Shown here: piece after piece, positions 52,346-64,000 of the stretch
Numbering within the stretch: position 1 is the first letter of the stretch
Layout: each line of letters starts with the position of its first letter
NCBI RefSeq assembly: GCF_026571515.1
Contig: NW_026852213.1
Coordinates: forward strand, 1-64,000
Direction: 5' to 3'
Length of the DNA: 64,000 bases
Source of the DNA: Ruditapes philippinarum
Taxonomy: Eukaryota
Notes under the pieces: model-generated
The model's input: the letters and a program-made list of their open reading frames with translations, nothing else
Database searches by the model: none
Told to the model about the DNA's origin: nothing
Position numbers and translations under genes: made by a program

Positions 52346-55300
52346 CTGAAAGTAAATCAAATAAGAAAGAGTTAATTTCATAAAAAAAGAGAAACTATTG
52401 TTAAATCTGATTAATCCTACAATATAAAAATTGTAAAAACACTTAGTAAAGAATGTTTTTATATTAATAATGTAGTTTACATGTTCAAATAGAAAACAAG
52501 TCATGATAAAATAACATAATATTAGTAAACAGTTTTTTTGTTTTATATCAAAATGTTTGTATCATACTCCGCAGAAGACTATCAGTAAAATCTGGGTAAC
52601 TAAAATGTGTTAGTTTAAATCAAGCCATCAATTTTTTCTCCAACAAATAAGTTGGAGCAAATATATAATGAGACTCAGAGTCCTAAGACTCAGTCCTCCT
52701 TTATATATATATCTCAGAACTGACAATTTAAGAACAATAGTTTTGTCATGTACCCATATTTTTAAGTCTGACATGCTTGTTAAAAAGTCAAGTGAAAAAC
52801 AACTTTCTTTAGTTTATACTAATTTATTTCCGTTTGTTATGGAAGCTATAAACTTATTGAAACACTCTCGAATCCATTCCTGGAACCAACCAGTACCAAA
52901 GCAATGAGTATCAAAGTTCTTGCTCACAGATACAACACCTTGTCCCTGATAGTGTTTGAACTCACACTGCCCGCAACCCTTAAAATCCTAGACGTGTTAA
53001 CCACTCGGTCACAGTGCCACTAAGTATCTTAAGAACATTAATACTAACCTCCTTTTTGTGTTAGTAACTTGTCTACATTGTTCTGTTCTGCAGATTTCCC
53101 TGAGTGTAGGCAGGTAGTCTAGATGTACTGATCTAAGATGTGAATGTGATACCAGAGGTAGATTATCTACAGTATTGTCACATGCTCTCTTGTACTCACC
53201 AGGAATGCTACAAATAATAATGTAAGAAACCTACATGAAAAATATATTCCTAATTGTTACAAAAGAATATCAGTTTTCACTTAATATGCTTACAATGAGG
53301 GACTTCTCCCTCCTTGTTGGCCGAGTGTAAACACATGCCCTCAGTTGTAAGTCACACCCAAAACTTGTATTATCACCTTTCATAGTACATTTGACAAAAA
53401 TAATCCATGCTTCATATAATTACTTTACTTTACACAAAGTGTTTTTGTTTTGGTTTTACGGCACGCCAAGACTGTAGCACCAAAAGAGGGAAGACAATTT
53501 TGGCTAAACCCCGGTGTTACAAACGACACCAGGTGCAACCCCCAGCCCCTCCACCACAACAGTGTAAGAAATTAGGATTTGAATCTACTAGGCTGGTCGG
53601 ACTACCAGATTGGAATATTCACTAGCCCAAAAGACATTTCACTAGCATGATTCATTTGTTCAAAACAGTTGTTTATATTGCATCTGAAAATACAGTAGCC
53701 TGGTCCGGCTTGTTACTGTGAAAAGTTGGTAGCCCGAGGAGAAATTTAGTAGTCAGGGGCTATAGGACTACTGCTAATTTCGAAAACTGCCACAAGGGGC
53801 ACAAAGTGAAAACTTTAAACTGAAGATAAATGCAAACTTAAACTTGTATTACCACCTCTCATAGTACATTTGACAAAAATAATCCATGTTTCATACTTAA
53901 ATGCAGCCAGTATCCATTTTACATAACTTAGGTGAAATATTTGTCCACACCAATTTTGCCGGCGGTCACATTTTACTGATTATCCAGCCCATTACAGTAC
54001 TAATTATTTGTGAAAACTGGCTCAAATTACTGTAACCATCTTAACCATCACTTTCCACTTGAAGGATAACCCTTTGCATTTTTACCTCTTTATCTTGACC
54101 ACAGCAATCATCAAACATTTCTGAAAGTCCGAAAAAACAGGTTCTTCTGGCTGTGGGCAATTTTATTACAACTTGTACTATTAAATCGTAGAAATTTTAA
54201 AAGAAATCTTTTCAGACTTATTCTTACCTGATAACATTATTGTCAACTAGGGTGAAATGTTCATTCTGCCTGTTGACTGGAAGGATAAAATTCTCCTCAA
54301 ATGTCTCATTCTCCCTGCACAACTTCTCCACTTCCTCCTTCACCATACCACAACCACTATACATCTTACACATGCTCCTAGTTCCTATTTCTGAGCTATA
54401 ATCCCTACTTGTTTTGAGATCTAATTCACAATGTGTTGGAAATTTAGCAAGTTCATTTCCCATACCAGACACTAGAGTACCTTTAACGTCCCTACCATTA
54501 AAACCCTTTAAATTATCACAAACTTTCTTTGTATCGATAGCTTCTAACATATCTAATGATGACATTGTGTCGTAAAATTGTGTAAAATATGACAAACTTT
54601 TGGCTAAACATAGATTTTCCTCTTTGCATCCTTGCTTTGAGCTTTCTACATTGGTCTGATTGTCCAGATTGTCTCCCTTAGGTTCAGCAGTATCTTCAAC
54701 TTGACTGGCATCATTTGATGCCTCACTGTCATATAAATCACTTTCTATTCGTATTCTTTGCCTCGTTTTATTTTTACTCTTGACCTGAGACGGTTTGAAT
54801 ACTGAGTCTACAACTGTAGAAGTAAAAGGTAAGATACAGTGTAGGTTGTTATAAAAGAGATCACTCCCCGAGTTCTGTTTAACATTACAGCAAGTACATA
54901 TCATCTCTTGAAGGGTGGACTCTGTCTTCGCCTGTAAAACAGAATTTAAGAATATATATACAGAAATTTTTTTCACACTTCTCAAACAAGGATCAAAAGT
55001 GCTACTGCTTTATTTCTTGGATTTTCAGTTGCATTATATAGAGGATATATATATATATATATATATAAACTTAAAATAAATCCATACCTACATCAAACTT
55101 GTTGCATTTTTTCAGCTTCAAAGTAGAGTTTGCTACATTAGTGAATATATTTTTTTTTCCAATACATTTTTTTAAATTGCCAAAAAACCTTTCTTGGCTT
55201 CTGTTTAAGCAGTTTAATTTCCACTTTTGTGTTATTTTGTGCTACAATAAGGTATAGATTAAACGAAAGTCTTCAGCACTGATGTAATATATATTGCTGG

Positions 55301-58300
55301 AAAAAATACTAACCTTAAGCCCCTGAGATAGCATATCAGCTATGCAAATGCTACTGGCACTTATCAATGACTCCAATCCTAAACTATGAACTAAAGGATA
55401 ATTTTTACACTCCTCATTTGTCTCCACAGGTATCGATTCTGACATGACTGGCGTAACAACTTTGCTACAAGCATCCACAGAATTAGAACTTTCGTCTTCC
55501 AAAACCCGACGTCTTTTCCGAGATGGTTTAATGGAAACAAAGTCATCATCACTGTTGTCTACATCTTTATCTATTGTATCAGTCACTTGTCTATTTTCCG
55601 TTACTACAGTATCACTTTGTGAACAGCTTTGAGAGTTTTCCGTTTCTAATCCAAGCAAGTTTGCAGTCTTTGTCCGATCTTTAACAGCTGGAATAACTCG
55701 ACTAGAGGTCACATGACCTCCTCCTGACTCTAGAAGATATTGTAGAGTTATCAGACATTTCCTCATATCACAGTTGTAAAATTGTGCCATTTCTGCGAAC
55801 ATCAACGGGTCGGTGCGTACGTTCTCAACCAGTGAGACTGTTTGAAGGTGAGATGTAATACTTGCCTAAAATAAAACAGAGGACAAAAACTGAATACCTA
55901 CAGGACAAAAACTGAATAACTAAAGGACAAAAACTGAATTAGTGAATACCTTCAGCACAAAGAAAAAACAGTAGCCATCTTTCACCATCAAGCCAATGTG
56001 AAATATGTTGATTTCTTATTAAGAACAGTTATCGTTATAAATAATATTAAAGTAAATCTTCCTTTAATGAGTAAAAAACAGACACAGTACAACATTTATA
56101 GAGTACAGAATAAAATTTGTTTACTTAAAAAAAAACCCTAGTCATGAAACATGGCAATGCCATGAAACCAGAATTTTACAAACTGGAAACCATTTTTCTA
56201 TTTTTAGAAAGAGTGACTTTGACCCTTGTCTCAAGCTAGGTCTTCACAAAAGCTTGCTATAAACAAAGTCTGATTACAATTTCTCATTCAAACTCTAGTT
56301 ATCAACAGAAAACCACCTGTTTGATGCCCAAACAAACTCAACCAGCCGAACGCCTGCCATTCCGCATGATTAAAAGCAGGATTTTCAAAACTGAATCCTT
56401 GGTGATACATAATAGTTTTCTGAAAATTAGGCTTCAAACAAACAAAATCATACCACTGAAGGTCTCTTTAAGATCATTTGTTCGTATCTTCCCTTAAACG
56501 TGCTAGTAAAGCCCGGATCTGCTGTTGTTAGAATTATTGGAATCTTTGTTTTAGACATAAAGCTTTGTATAGCTGATAAAAATCCCTTGTCTTCATCAAA
56601 TACCACATCCACCTAGAAAATAATACAGCTTTGTGAAATGTACGCATTAGCACCATCTTTAAGTCTTTAATGTAAGTTTGTGTGTTTGGATTTTCCGAAT
56701 TTAGGGTGCACAACACAATTTAGGTCATATGATGCGGAAACAGGAAAGATAATTTTGGCTAACTTTGGGTGTTAAAAACTTGAAGCAACACCAGGGGTCA
56801 AACTACCTCACCTGGAGCTAAGAGATGCATAGAATCCAGTAATTCAAACCCATTTAATCGCCTAATATAACCACGCTGATTCTGATGTCTTACCTGTTAA
56901 AAGCAAGTGCTCAGCTTCTAGCAGACTTTCATGTCAGAGGTTGACAAAACTGGTTGAAATACAAAATTACACTTAAATATAATCAAAAAAGTTAATCAAG
57001 TTTCAAGGGAAAATATCTAGGACTAAAGATTAATGGAGGTCTCTCTCAATTTATCCTTTATGGGCAAAATGGATGTTTAATTTAAGAGATTGGGTAATAC
57101 AAATAAAGAGGTCATACATGATCTGTTGAATTTATTTTAAAGACTGTACAGTCTAACTTGCCTATGCGACCACGTGTATTAAGCGACTTTTGTCTTAAAC
57201 GACCACTTTAAATTCCCCCCGATCATTTTCTCTCTATATCTTTAATGTATTAAGCGACTTTTGCTCAACGCGACCAGCGACCGCTAATTAGTCACCTAAT
57301 TGACATCAATCTTTTCATTAAACAACCACTTTTACCTGTCAAGTAATTGTGTTTTAAGAGAACGCCACCTCGTTATGTCACAAGTGTCAGCAATCAAAAC
57401 ACAACAATAAACGTGTGAAAAACTCTATTTCCCATACCGTTTAAGCGTATGCAAATGAAGTTAAGTATACGCGTGACGTGTTTTATCCAATAATATCGGA
57501 TAAACAATGCAACGCTCCGCCCATACTGAGATGGTGTATACGCTTCGCTTGTTGACATTTAGACTGCATTGAATTGACCTTGAACTTGATCAGCCATTAA
57601 ATTAATCGTAACAAATAGATGTAGTTTGTTTATTTCAAATGAAAAAATGCACAACAGAAAACATCTTCACTAATAGGGTTTTCGTGTTGGAGACAAGGAA
57701 AAACAACGGAGAAGTTAAAAAATTCTGGAAAAAATGTCAAACATGTATGTAATGGATCAAAACTGTTTTGTCAATAAATATCGGAACGTTATTTTTACAT
57801 TTGCATCCGTTTAGATTTTCGGACCGTACTTATTTTTCAACATTTATATAAAAATGAAGTTGAAAAACAATCCCATCGAATAAAAAAGATGTCATTTATA
57901 AATTTTGACTTTTATATCATGCTGACTGTCTTAAGAGACCGTTTCATTAAGCGACCGTTTTTGGTGTTTCCCTTGCCCGGTCGCTTAATACACGTTTCAC
58001 TGTATTTTCCATTAAAGTTCCTTCTTTGCATTACAAATCACAAAACCATTGATAGTTTTGAATAATTTTGAATAAATAAAACAGGTACAAAATTCAATTT
58101 GCAATGTTTATACCTTCAACAAGAGGGCCATGATGGCCCTGAGGTCGCTCACCTGTATATAGCCCCCCCCCCCCCCCCAATTTTTACCCAAGGGCTTTTA
58201 TTTGTTTATTTGAACAGACTTGGTAGACACCCATAAGAAGATGTTTCATGCTAAACATCTAAGTTCTAGCTCATTGGGTTTTTTAAAAAGAAGATTTTTA

Positions 58301-61300
58301 AGTTTTTGCTATACACATATAAGGAAAATCAATGACCCCCCGGGGCAGGGCCAGTTTTGACCCCAGGGCTTTTATTTGAACATACTTGGTAGACACCCAT
58401 TAGAACATGTTTCATGCTAAATATCTTAGCTCTAGCTCTTTGAGTTCTTTAAAAGAAGATTTTTTAAGTTTTTACTATATGCATATAGGGAAAATCAATG
58501 ACCCCCTGGGGCGGGGCCAATTTTGACCCCAGGGCTTTTATTTGAACAAACTTGGTAGACACTCATTAGAAGATGTTTCATGCTAAATATCTTAGCTCTA
58601 GCTCTTTGGGTTCTTTAAAAGAAGATTTTTTAAGTTTTTACTATATGCATATAGGGAAAATCAATGACCCCCTGGGGCGGGGCCAATTTTGACCCCAGGG
58701 CTTTTATTTGAACAAACTTGGTAGACACTCACTAGAAGATGTTTCATGCCAAATATCTAAGCTCTAGCTCTTACGGTTGTTTAAAAGAAGATATTTAAAG
58801 ATTTTTCTTTCGGTTGCCATGGCAACCAGAGTTCTGCATGGAATTAAATTCTTTGAACAATTTTTAAAGGTGACCACCAAAGGAACATTCCTGTGAAGTT
58901 TGGATGAAATTGGCTCAGTGGTTTATGAGGAGATGTCATTTAAAGCAAAAGTTTACTGACGGACGCCGGACGGACTGACGCCGGACGAAAAGTGATCACA
59001 AAAGCTCACCCTCACTTTGTGACAGGTGAGCTAAAAAAGAAGGATTTTGCATTCAAAATAATTACTTCGACAAGGGAGGCAATCAAAAGGATAAAATCTC
59101 TGAACTCCAAACTTCATTACAAGGGAGACAACCATTTAAGTATTGTTCATTGAAGAACATACCTCATCAAACAAAATCAGTGTTGTACTGGACAGGTTGA
59201 GACTCTTCGCTACACTTTGGGAATTACTGTCTTCTATAATTAACTGTAAACTTTTGTGCTTCAACTCTGCTTCTTTCTTCTCTCCCTTAGTCTTCGTGTT
59301 GCCATCTGCAATAGAATTGACTTTTTATTTATTGTTTGTACAGTAGATCAGTCATGCTTATGTTGCAAAGAATTTAAAATTATTTCCAGTACAATGGACT
59401 CTGTTTGATAAAGATGATGTTCAAAACAAATTTTCAATGTGACTTATATTCAGTGTTGTTTTATATAAGAAATATAGGATACAAATCCTTTTTTCAACCA
59501 CTGTTTTGTTGAAAACTTGAACCTTCGTACATTGAAAATACAGTAAATGCTATTCTAAATACCTTTGCAAATGCCTAATACAAAATTGAAAAATTTAAAC
59601 TTCCTTATGAAATCTTGAACAGAGATTTTAACATATCCAGTTATTTACAGGGTGAATATTAGCAATAAACAAGACTCTAATAAAAGAAATTGACATACTT
59701 GATATCATTAAAACATATAACCAAATCTATACACCTCTACCAATTTCTTGATTAAATACATTCTGAATAGGTGTTGTAACACCTAGCTGGTGTTGTAGCA
59801 CCTAGCTGTCCAAGTGTTTGAATTTTCTAGATTTACAATGAGAAAAATTCAGCAAGAATTCATGCCTGAGAGTTTCATACTGTGACCTAGAACCACGTGA
59901 GGTTTCAATTGAAAAGCTTCATGAGTAAGATGCAATATCATGTTTTTAGAACAAGCAAATGCATCTAAAACGATTCCATCCCACTTTGGTTTAGATCCAG
60001 TAAACCTCCTTACAAGCAAATATCACAATACTGTATACCACTGAGCCAAAGTATCGAACTCTGGTGAAGAGGCTGTTTATCAGAGGAGTATCCTCATACA
60101 TAACACAAGCAGAACCTTACAAACGTCAAGTATTATACCAATGCAAAGGAAAATGATAGTCTCGTTTTTCTTCAAATAATTAAGATAATATTTGTGGGAA
60201 AAATTGTCCAGCATTACCTTTATCAGATTTGTGTCTTTTCCTTTTCCTCCCAGCTGGTTTTTCCTCTTGTTTACTATCATCAGAAGGTGCTGCTTTCTTG
60301 AACAGATTTGTAAATGCTGTAGGCATCTTGTTTTCTGGTTTGGGCTTGTCACCAAGAGCTTTAATATCAATATACATGTATCTTGTTTAAACTGACAAAA
60401 AACATTGCAAGATAAACACCCCTCTGTTTCTTTACAGAAAACTCCTAGAAAATGAAAGCCCTGGTCTTTGTTAACAGAAATTATCTAAAATTGCACTATG
60501 CTTCAGTGTTCACAGGAAAATATCAAAATTGTCCTTTTTGAAATACATTAATCTTAAAAAATTTATTTTGCAAGTATAAAATATTAAAATCTTACAAAAG
60601 ATGGCATAAACATTTTTTAAACGTAGCACTAACACAGTATAGGTCATAAGGCCACTTTTAAGCTGTACTGCTGGAGGCTGCCCCTCTGTACATTATATCA
60701 GGCACAAGCGGGCCTTGTAGAACCACATATGTTATTTTGATATAAACTGATTTTGAAGTGTCTGAAAATCTATCTACAAAAATGTCAACAATGAAGTTAT
60801 CAAGACATTAATCACAAAATGAGGTAAATATCCACAACCTCATAAAATCTTCATACAACATGACAAAAAGTACAGCAGTGTAAAAACACATTTCTTTGTT
60901 ACTTATGCTTTAAATTTGATTTGCAAAAAATATACAAATATAAAACACAATTAAGAGTAATCTCACTGTTACAATAGATATACATGTATTGATAACATGC
61001 AACAATTCTTTTAAAGCTATCAATTCTTTGCTTTGCTTTCAATAAAAACAAACATGTTTCTGAACATTTCTCTACACTACCTGTGTTTTTCCTTGGTGTA
61101 TGATTTCCCTGACTAGAGACTTGATGGGACTGTGTGGCTTCCTGAAGCTGGGACAGAATCTGTTTACCACTTCTACATGATGATGCATTTACTTCATGTA
61201 CCTGACAGCAGTAATGTTGAAGTTAATATTATTCATTTTTCCGTTCTTGAATGGGTATTAAGTCACCAAAGATTCAAATGAAAATGAAAAATTTAAATTC

Positions 61301-64000
61301 TGAAAAAAGTCCACAGGCTCATTTATGTGTATTATAGAAACAATGAATGAATAAAACCATCTTTCTTCCATTAGGTATCTGAGAAAGAATAATATATTTA
61401 GCTTAACTCAAATTTACAATAATGATGGCAAGTAATGCAATTAAAATATTTTCTGTAATAAATGAGAGACATGAGGGCCCTTAATCACTAAAATGACAAG
61501 ATTTTATTACCAGGATATTCCTTGTTAACTGACCAAAATGATTTGCACAGTTTTTGTAAAGGATAACGATCATTGCTGTAAAGTTTCATCAAAATCTAGT
61601 AAGTTGTTGAGGAAACATTTTTTTATTTTTAGCTCAGTTGACCATCTTGTTTAGCAGATCAGAACCATTTGCACAATTTTATAGAGAACCATCTAGAAAT
61701 CATTTCTGTATAGTTTCATCACTATTGGCCAAGCAGTTTAGCAGATCATGTTTAAGTAAAAATATTTACAACAGACTGTCACTCTGTTTGACAGACACAA
61801 GGTGATCACAAAAGCTCACCTTCAGCACTCAGTGGTTTGGTGAGCTAAAAAATGAAGATAGGCAGAGCTTAGAGTTCAACATTCCAATTACTTCATAACA
61901 ATGACATGCAGAACTAAGATCAAACCAGTTCTAAAACGGCAAATTTACCTTAAATCCTAATTCCAGGGCAAGAGCATAGACTGAGCTAGTCTTGCCACAA
62001 CCATGTGGCCCTGACAAGAGCATAGTATTACACAAGGAGTCATCATCATCACTGTCATCACTATCCATTTCAAAATCACTCCCATCATCCCATAAATCAT
62101 CATTACCTGTAACAACAAATAATTTTACTCCTGTGATTAAAATGTAATGTTTATTTCAGATAAGACGATGTAAATAAATCATATATATTGTGTGAATAAT
62201 TAAGAACTTTTTTTTTCTATGCTTTATTGGCCCCTTTCTTTTTTTTTTCTTGGGGTCTCAGGTCACATCAATAAGGTCAAGGTTATACTGCAACCTTTCA
62301 GCTCTTGTGTGTGGGAAAAAATCCTTGTAAAAAATATGCAATCATTATTACATATTAAACAAAGTATTCCTGCATTTATATTAAGTTTCAAAAAGTACAG
62401 GTCCTAAATGGGTGTTAACTTGCTACCTAAGAAAACCTTATGAGCTTCTTTTTGAGCCTTTAAATAGGAAATAACAAAAAATCCTATATCATACATTTCT
62501 TATTTAGTTGCTTCCCTTTGTTTTTCTTCATCAGTAATTTTCTAGCTTTTCTTGCCTCCTTGTCAAGTAAATGTTTCCATTCTGTCAACCAGGTCTTCAA
62601 TTTCTTCAAAACTCCAGAGTTACCCAACACTTCAGCAGTTTTAGAGGGGCAATACTTCTCTGTCCACAACAAACTAGATCCTAAAATAGTAATGCAAATT
62701 ATGTTATACAAAATTTTAAGCTTAGCAGTGAATTTCTTCAATGGACTTTTACAACTTTAATTTTTAGAACTGGTCATAATCAAGTTATGGGATATTCATT
62801 TGTTCAGCCAAAAGAACAGAGCCCTGTCAGTGTGCATGCTGACCCAGCTATATACTGATGGCAAAGGCCAATTTCTTTTCTTTTCAGCAGGATAAAGGCT
62901 CACTAATTATAATATAAACTTTTGCACTATTCATTTACATAAATACTTTCTTAAAGTCACCTTCCATATTCCCAAATGATTACTTTTTACAACATGAAAA
63001 TTTCTTTTATATAATGAAGATATTCTGTCTTCTAGACAATGAAATTTTTAATCTGTTGATATAATAATAGATTATAGTATAATTCAATATTTACAATTAA
63101 AACACATAACAATTCATTAAAACATCTGTACAACATCAAACTTACCAACAGCTTTACATTTATCATCAACTTTGGGTTCTTCATTCTTTTCTTCTATTTT
63201 ATCTCTTTTCTGTAGTTTCAGATTTTTCTTCTTTTTCCTTTTTCCCTGTTCTTCTTCCTCATCATAAATAACCATCATATCTGTACAACCATCCAGTATA
63301 CCTGCCATGTCTGTCTTTAACATAGACTCTAGAGGAAAGTTTATACAAGGTGTTTATTTTTGTGGTTTTGGTTTTATGTAAAAACGACACAGTTAACTCG
63401 AAGTTATGTGGCATCATACAGGCAATATCAATGTTATATGATATCAAATAAAAATGTTAGTTATATGGTACCATACTAACAATGATATATGGCATCATAC
63501 AGGCAATATTAATGCTATATGATATCAAACAGACAATGTTAGTATTATGGTATTATACCAATAATTTTAGTCATATGGTATCATACAAAGTTAGTTATAT
63601 GGTATAATACCAACAATTTTATATGGTGTCATACAGGCAATATTAGTTATATGGTATCATACCAACAATGCGAGTTATATGGTATCATAACAACAATATA
63701 ACCTATTAGTTACATAGTATCATACAGGTAATGTTAATGTTAAATGGTTCCATACCAACAATGTTAGTTATATGAATATGGTATCACACCAAAAATTTTA
63801 TATGGCATCATATGTGCAATATAAAAGATACATGGTATAATACCATCAATGTTAGTAACATGGTAGAAAAACCAACAATTTAAGATGGTATCATACTGAC
63901 TGTCAAAGTTTTCATTAAAAAGCTTTAGTGGAAAATATAGCAACTATAAAAGTTCACAAACTTACCAGATTTTGGTGGTGGTCTCTCTGTTTCAATTTTC
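52267..64000 (-). CDS. ATAD5: ATPase family AAA domain-containing protein 5 (ELG1, PCNA unloader large subunit), 3' part, 11 exons; 5' end lies beyond the window
   Basis: GT-AG exons join in frame: 64000-63966, 63328-63146, 62680-62495, 62106-61949, 61201-61081, 60358-60218, 59305-59163, 56612-56454, 55865-55314, 54931-54228, 53207-53049, plus terminal exon 52345-52267 (the first segment is cut by the window edge). Motifs: LWTEKYCP, Walker A GPHGCGKT, EVNASSCRSGKQILSQLQEATQSHQV, Walker B LILFDEVD, DYLPTLREIC...KRRFHHYL. Confidence 0.95.
52805..53020 (-). mobile_element. tRNA-derived SINE, same family as 29510-29730
   Basis: Shared agcttattgaaacactc, aaccagtac and cttgctca blocks; GTGACCGAGTGG head and GAGTTCAAAC B-box-like motif. 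Confidence 0.65.
53049..53207 (-). CDS. ATAD5: ATAD5 exon
   Basis: LDYLPTLREICRTEQCRQVTNTKR. Confidence 0.92.
54228..54931 (-). CDS. ATAD5: ATAD5 exon
   Basis: Lies inside ORF 54224-54985; tttacag acceptor, AG|GTAAG donor. Confidence 0.88.
55314..55865 (-). CDS. ATAD5: ATAD5 exon
   Basis: ASITSHLQTVSLVEN...NCDMRKCLITLQY; overlaps ORF 55242-55805; AAG|GTTAGT donor. Confidence 0.9.
55879..55940. repeat. Three 21-bp tandem units
   Basis: AGGACAAAAACTGAAT x3 beside an ATAD5 acceptor. Confidence 0.8.
56454..56612 (-). CDS. ATAD5: ATAD5 exon
   Basis: VDVVFDEDKGFLSAIQSFMSKTKIPIILTTADP...KRPSV. Confidence 0.95.
57149..58002. mobile_element. Tc1/mariner-like MITE
   Basis: TA|CAGT...ACTG|TA; imperfect TIRs and subterminal ATTAAGCGAC repeats. 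Confidence 0.75.
58118..59038 (+). mobile_element. Non-autonomous Helentron-like element with a 166-bp tandem array
   Basis: AACAAGAG start; AAAATCAATGACCCC at about 58325, 58491 and 58657; GGAC-type microsatellite; AGCTCACC...GGTGAGCT hairpin and A tail. Confidence 0.85.
59163..59305 (-). CDS. ATAD5: ATAD5 exon (Walker B start)
   Basis: ...SSTTLILFDE; ttgcag acceptor, GAG|GTATG donor. Confidence 0.92.
60218..60358 (-). CDS. ATAD5: ATAD5 exon
   Basis: LGDKPKPENKMPTAFTNLFKK...RKRKRHKSDK; phase 1-1; the acceptor (aaag) is less certain. Confidence 0.75.
60620..60727 (-). mobile_element. SINE 3' fragment
   Basis: acacagtataggtcat...gtagaaccac matches the 51237 copy. Confidence 0.55.
61081..61201 (-). 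CDS. ATAD5: ATAD5 exon
   Basis: VHEVNASSCRSGKQILSQLQEATQSHQV. Confidence 0.95.
61462..61852 (+). mobile_element. Degenerate Helentron-like element
   Basis: Same 3' end: GTGATCACAAAAGCTCACC...GGTGAGCTAAAAA. Confidence 0.7.
61949..62106 (-). CDS. ATAD5: ATAD5 exon (Walker A)
   Basis: NTMLLSGPHGCGKTSSVYALALELGFK; ttacag acceptor, AG|GTAAAT donor. Confidence 0.95.
62495..62680 (-). CDS. ATAD5: ATAD5 exon (RFC box, LWTEKY)
   Basis: SSLLWTEKYCPSKTAEVLGN...LKTWLTEWK; ttttag acceptor, GTATGA donor. Confidence 0.92.
63146..63328 (-). CDS. ATAD5: ATAD5 exon
   Basis: ctag acceptor, G|GTAAG donor; SMLKTDMAGILDG...KCKAV. Confidence 0.8.
63400..63900. repeat. Degenerate minisatellite (about 28-bp TTAGTTATATGGTATCATACCAACAATG-like unit)
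   Basis: Recurrent ATATGG(T/C)ATCATAC core within an ATAD5 intron. Confidence 0.8.
63966..64000 (-). CDS. ATAD5: ATAD5 exon (partial, window edge)
   Basis: KIETERPPPKS followed by donor G|GTAAG; phase 1 matches the next exon. Confidence 0.7.

Noticed and set aside
63400-63900. CRISPR-like array
   Set aside because: Degenerate tandem units without unique spacers, inside a eukaryotic intron.

Overview
AT-rich eukaryotic genomic DNA; the repeat families look like those of a bivalve mollusc, probably a venerid clam (inference). Three zones. (1) About 0.3-30 kb: a tandem array of about 8 dead, apparently intronless + strand copies whose remnant translations resemble LRR/Toll-like receptors. Transposons interrupt them: a 3-bp-TSD DNA element carrying a nested Penelope-like fragment, piggyBac-like MITEs, a HERO-like non-LTR element and a LINE fragment. 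(2) About 31.8-45.6 kb, minus strand: a spliced gene I reconstruct as a single-domain LBP/BPI (TULIP)-like protein of about 294 aa. It has a His/Arg-rich loop insertion and a GPI-signal-like tail; its 5' exon is uncertain. (3) 52.3-64 kb, minus strand: the 3' 11 coding exons of ATAD5 (ELG1). Introns and spacers hold palindromic MITEs, tRNA-derived SINEs and Helentron-like elements with internal satellite. A 106-nt four-way-junction element sits at 25364-25469. All homology calls come from motif recognition by eye, not from database searches.
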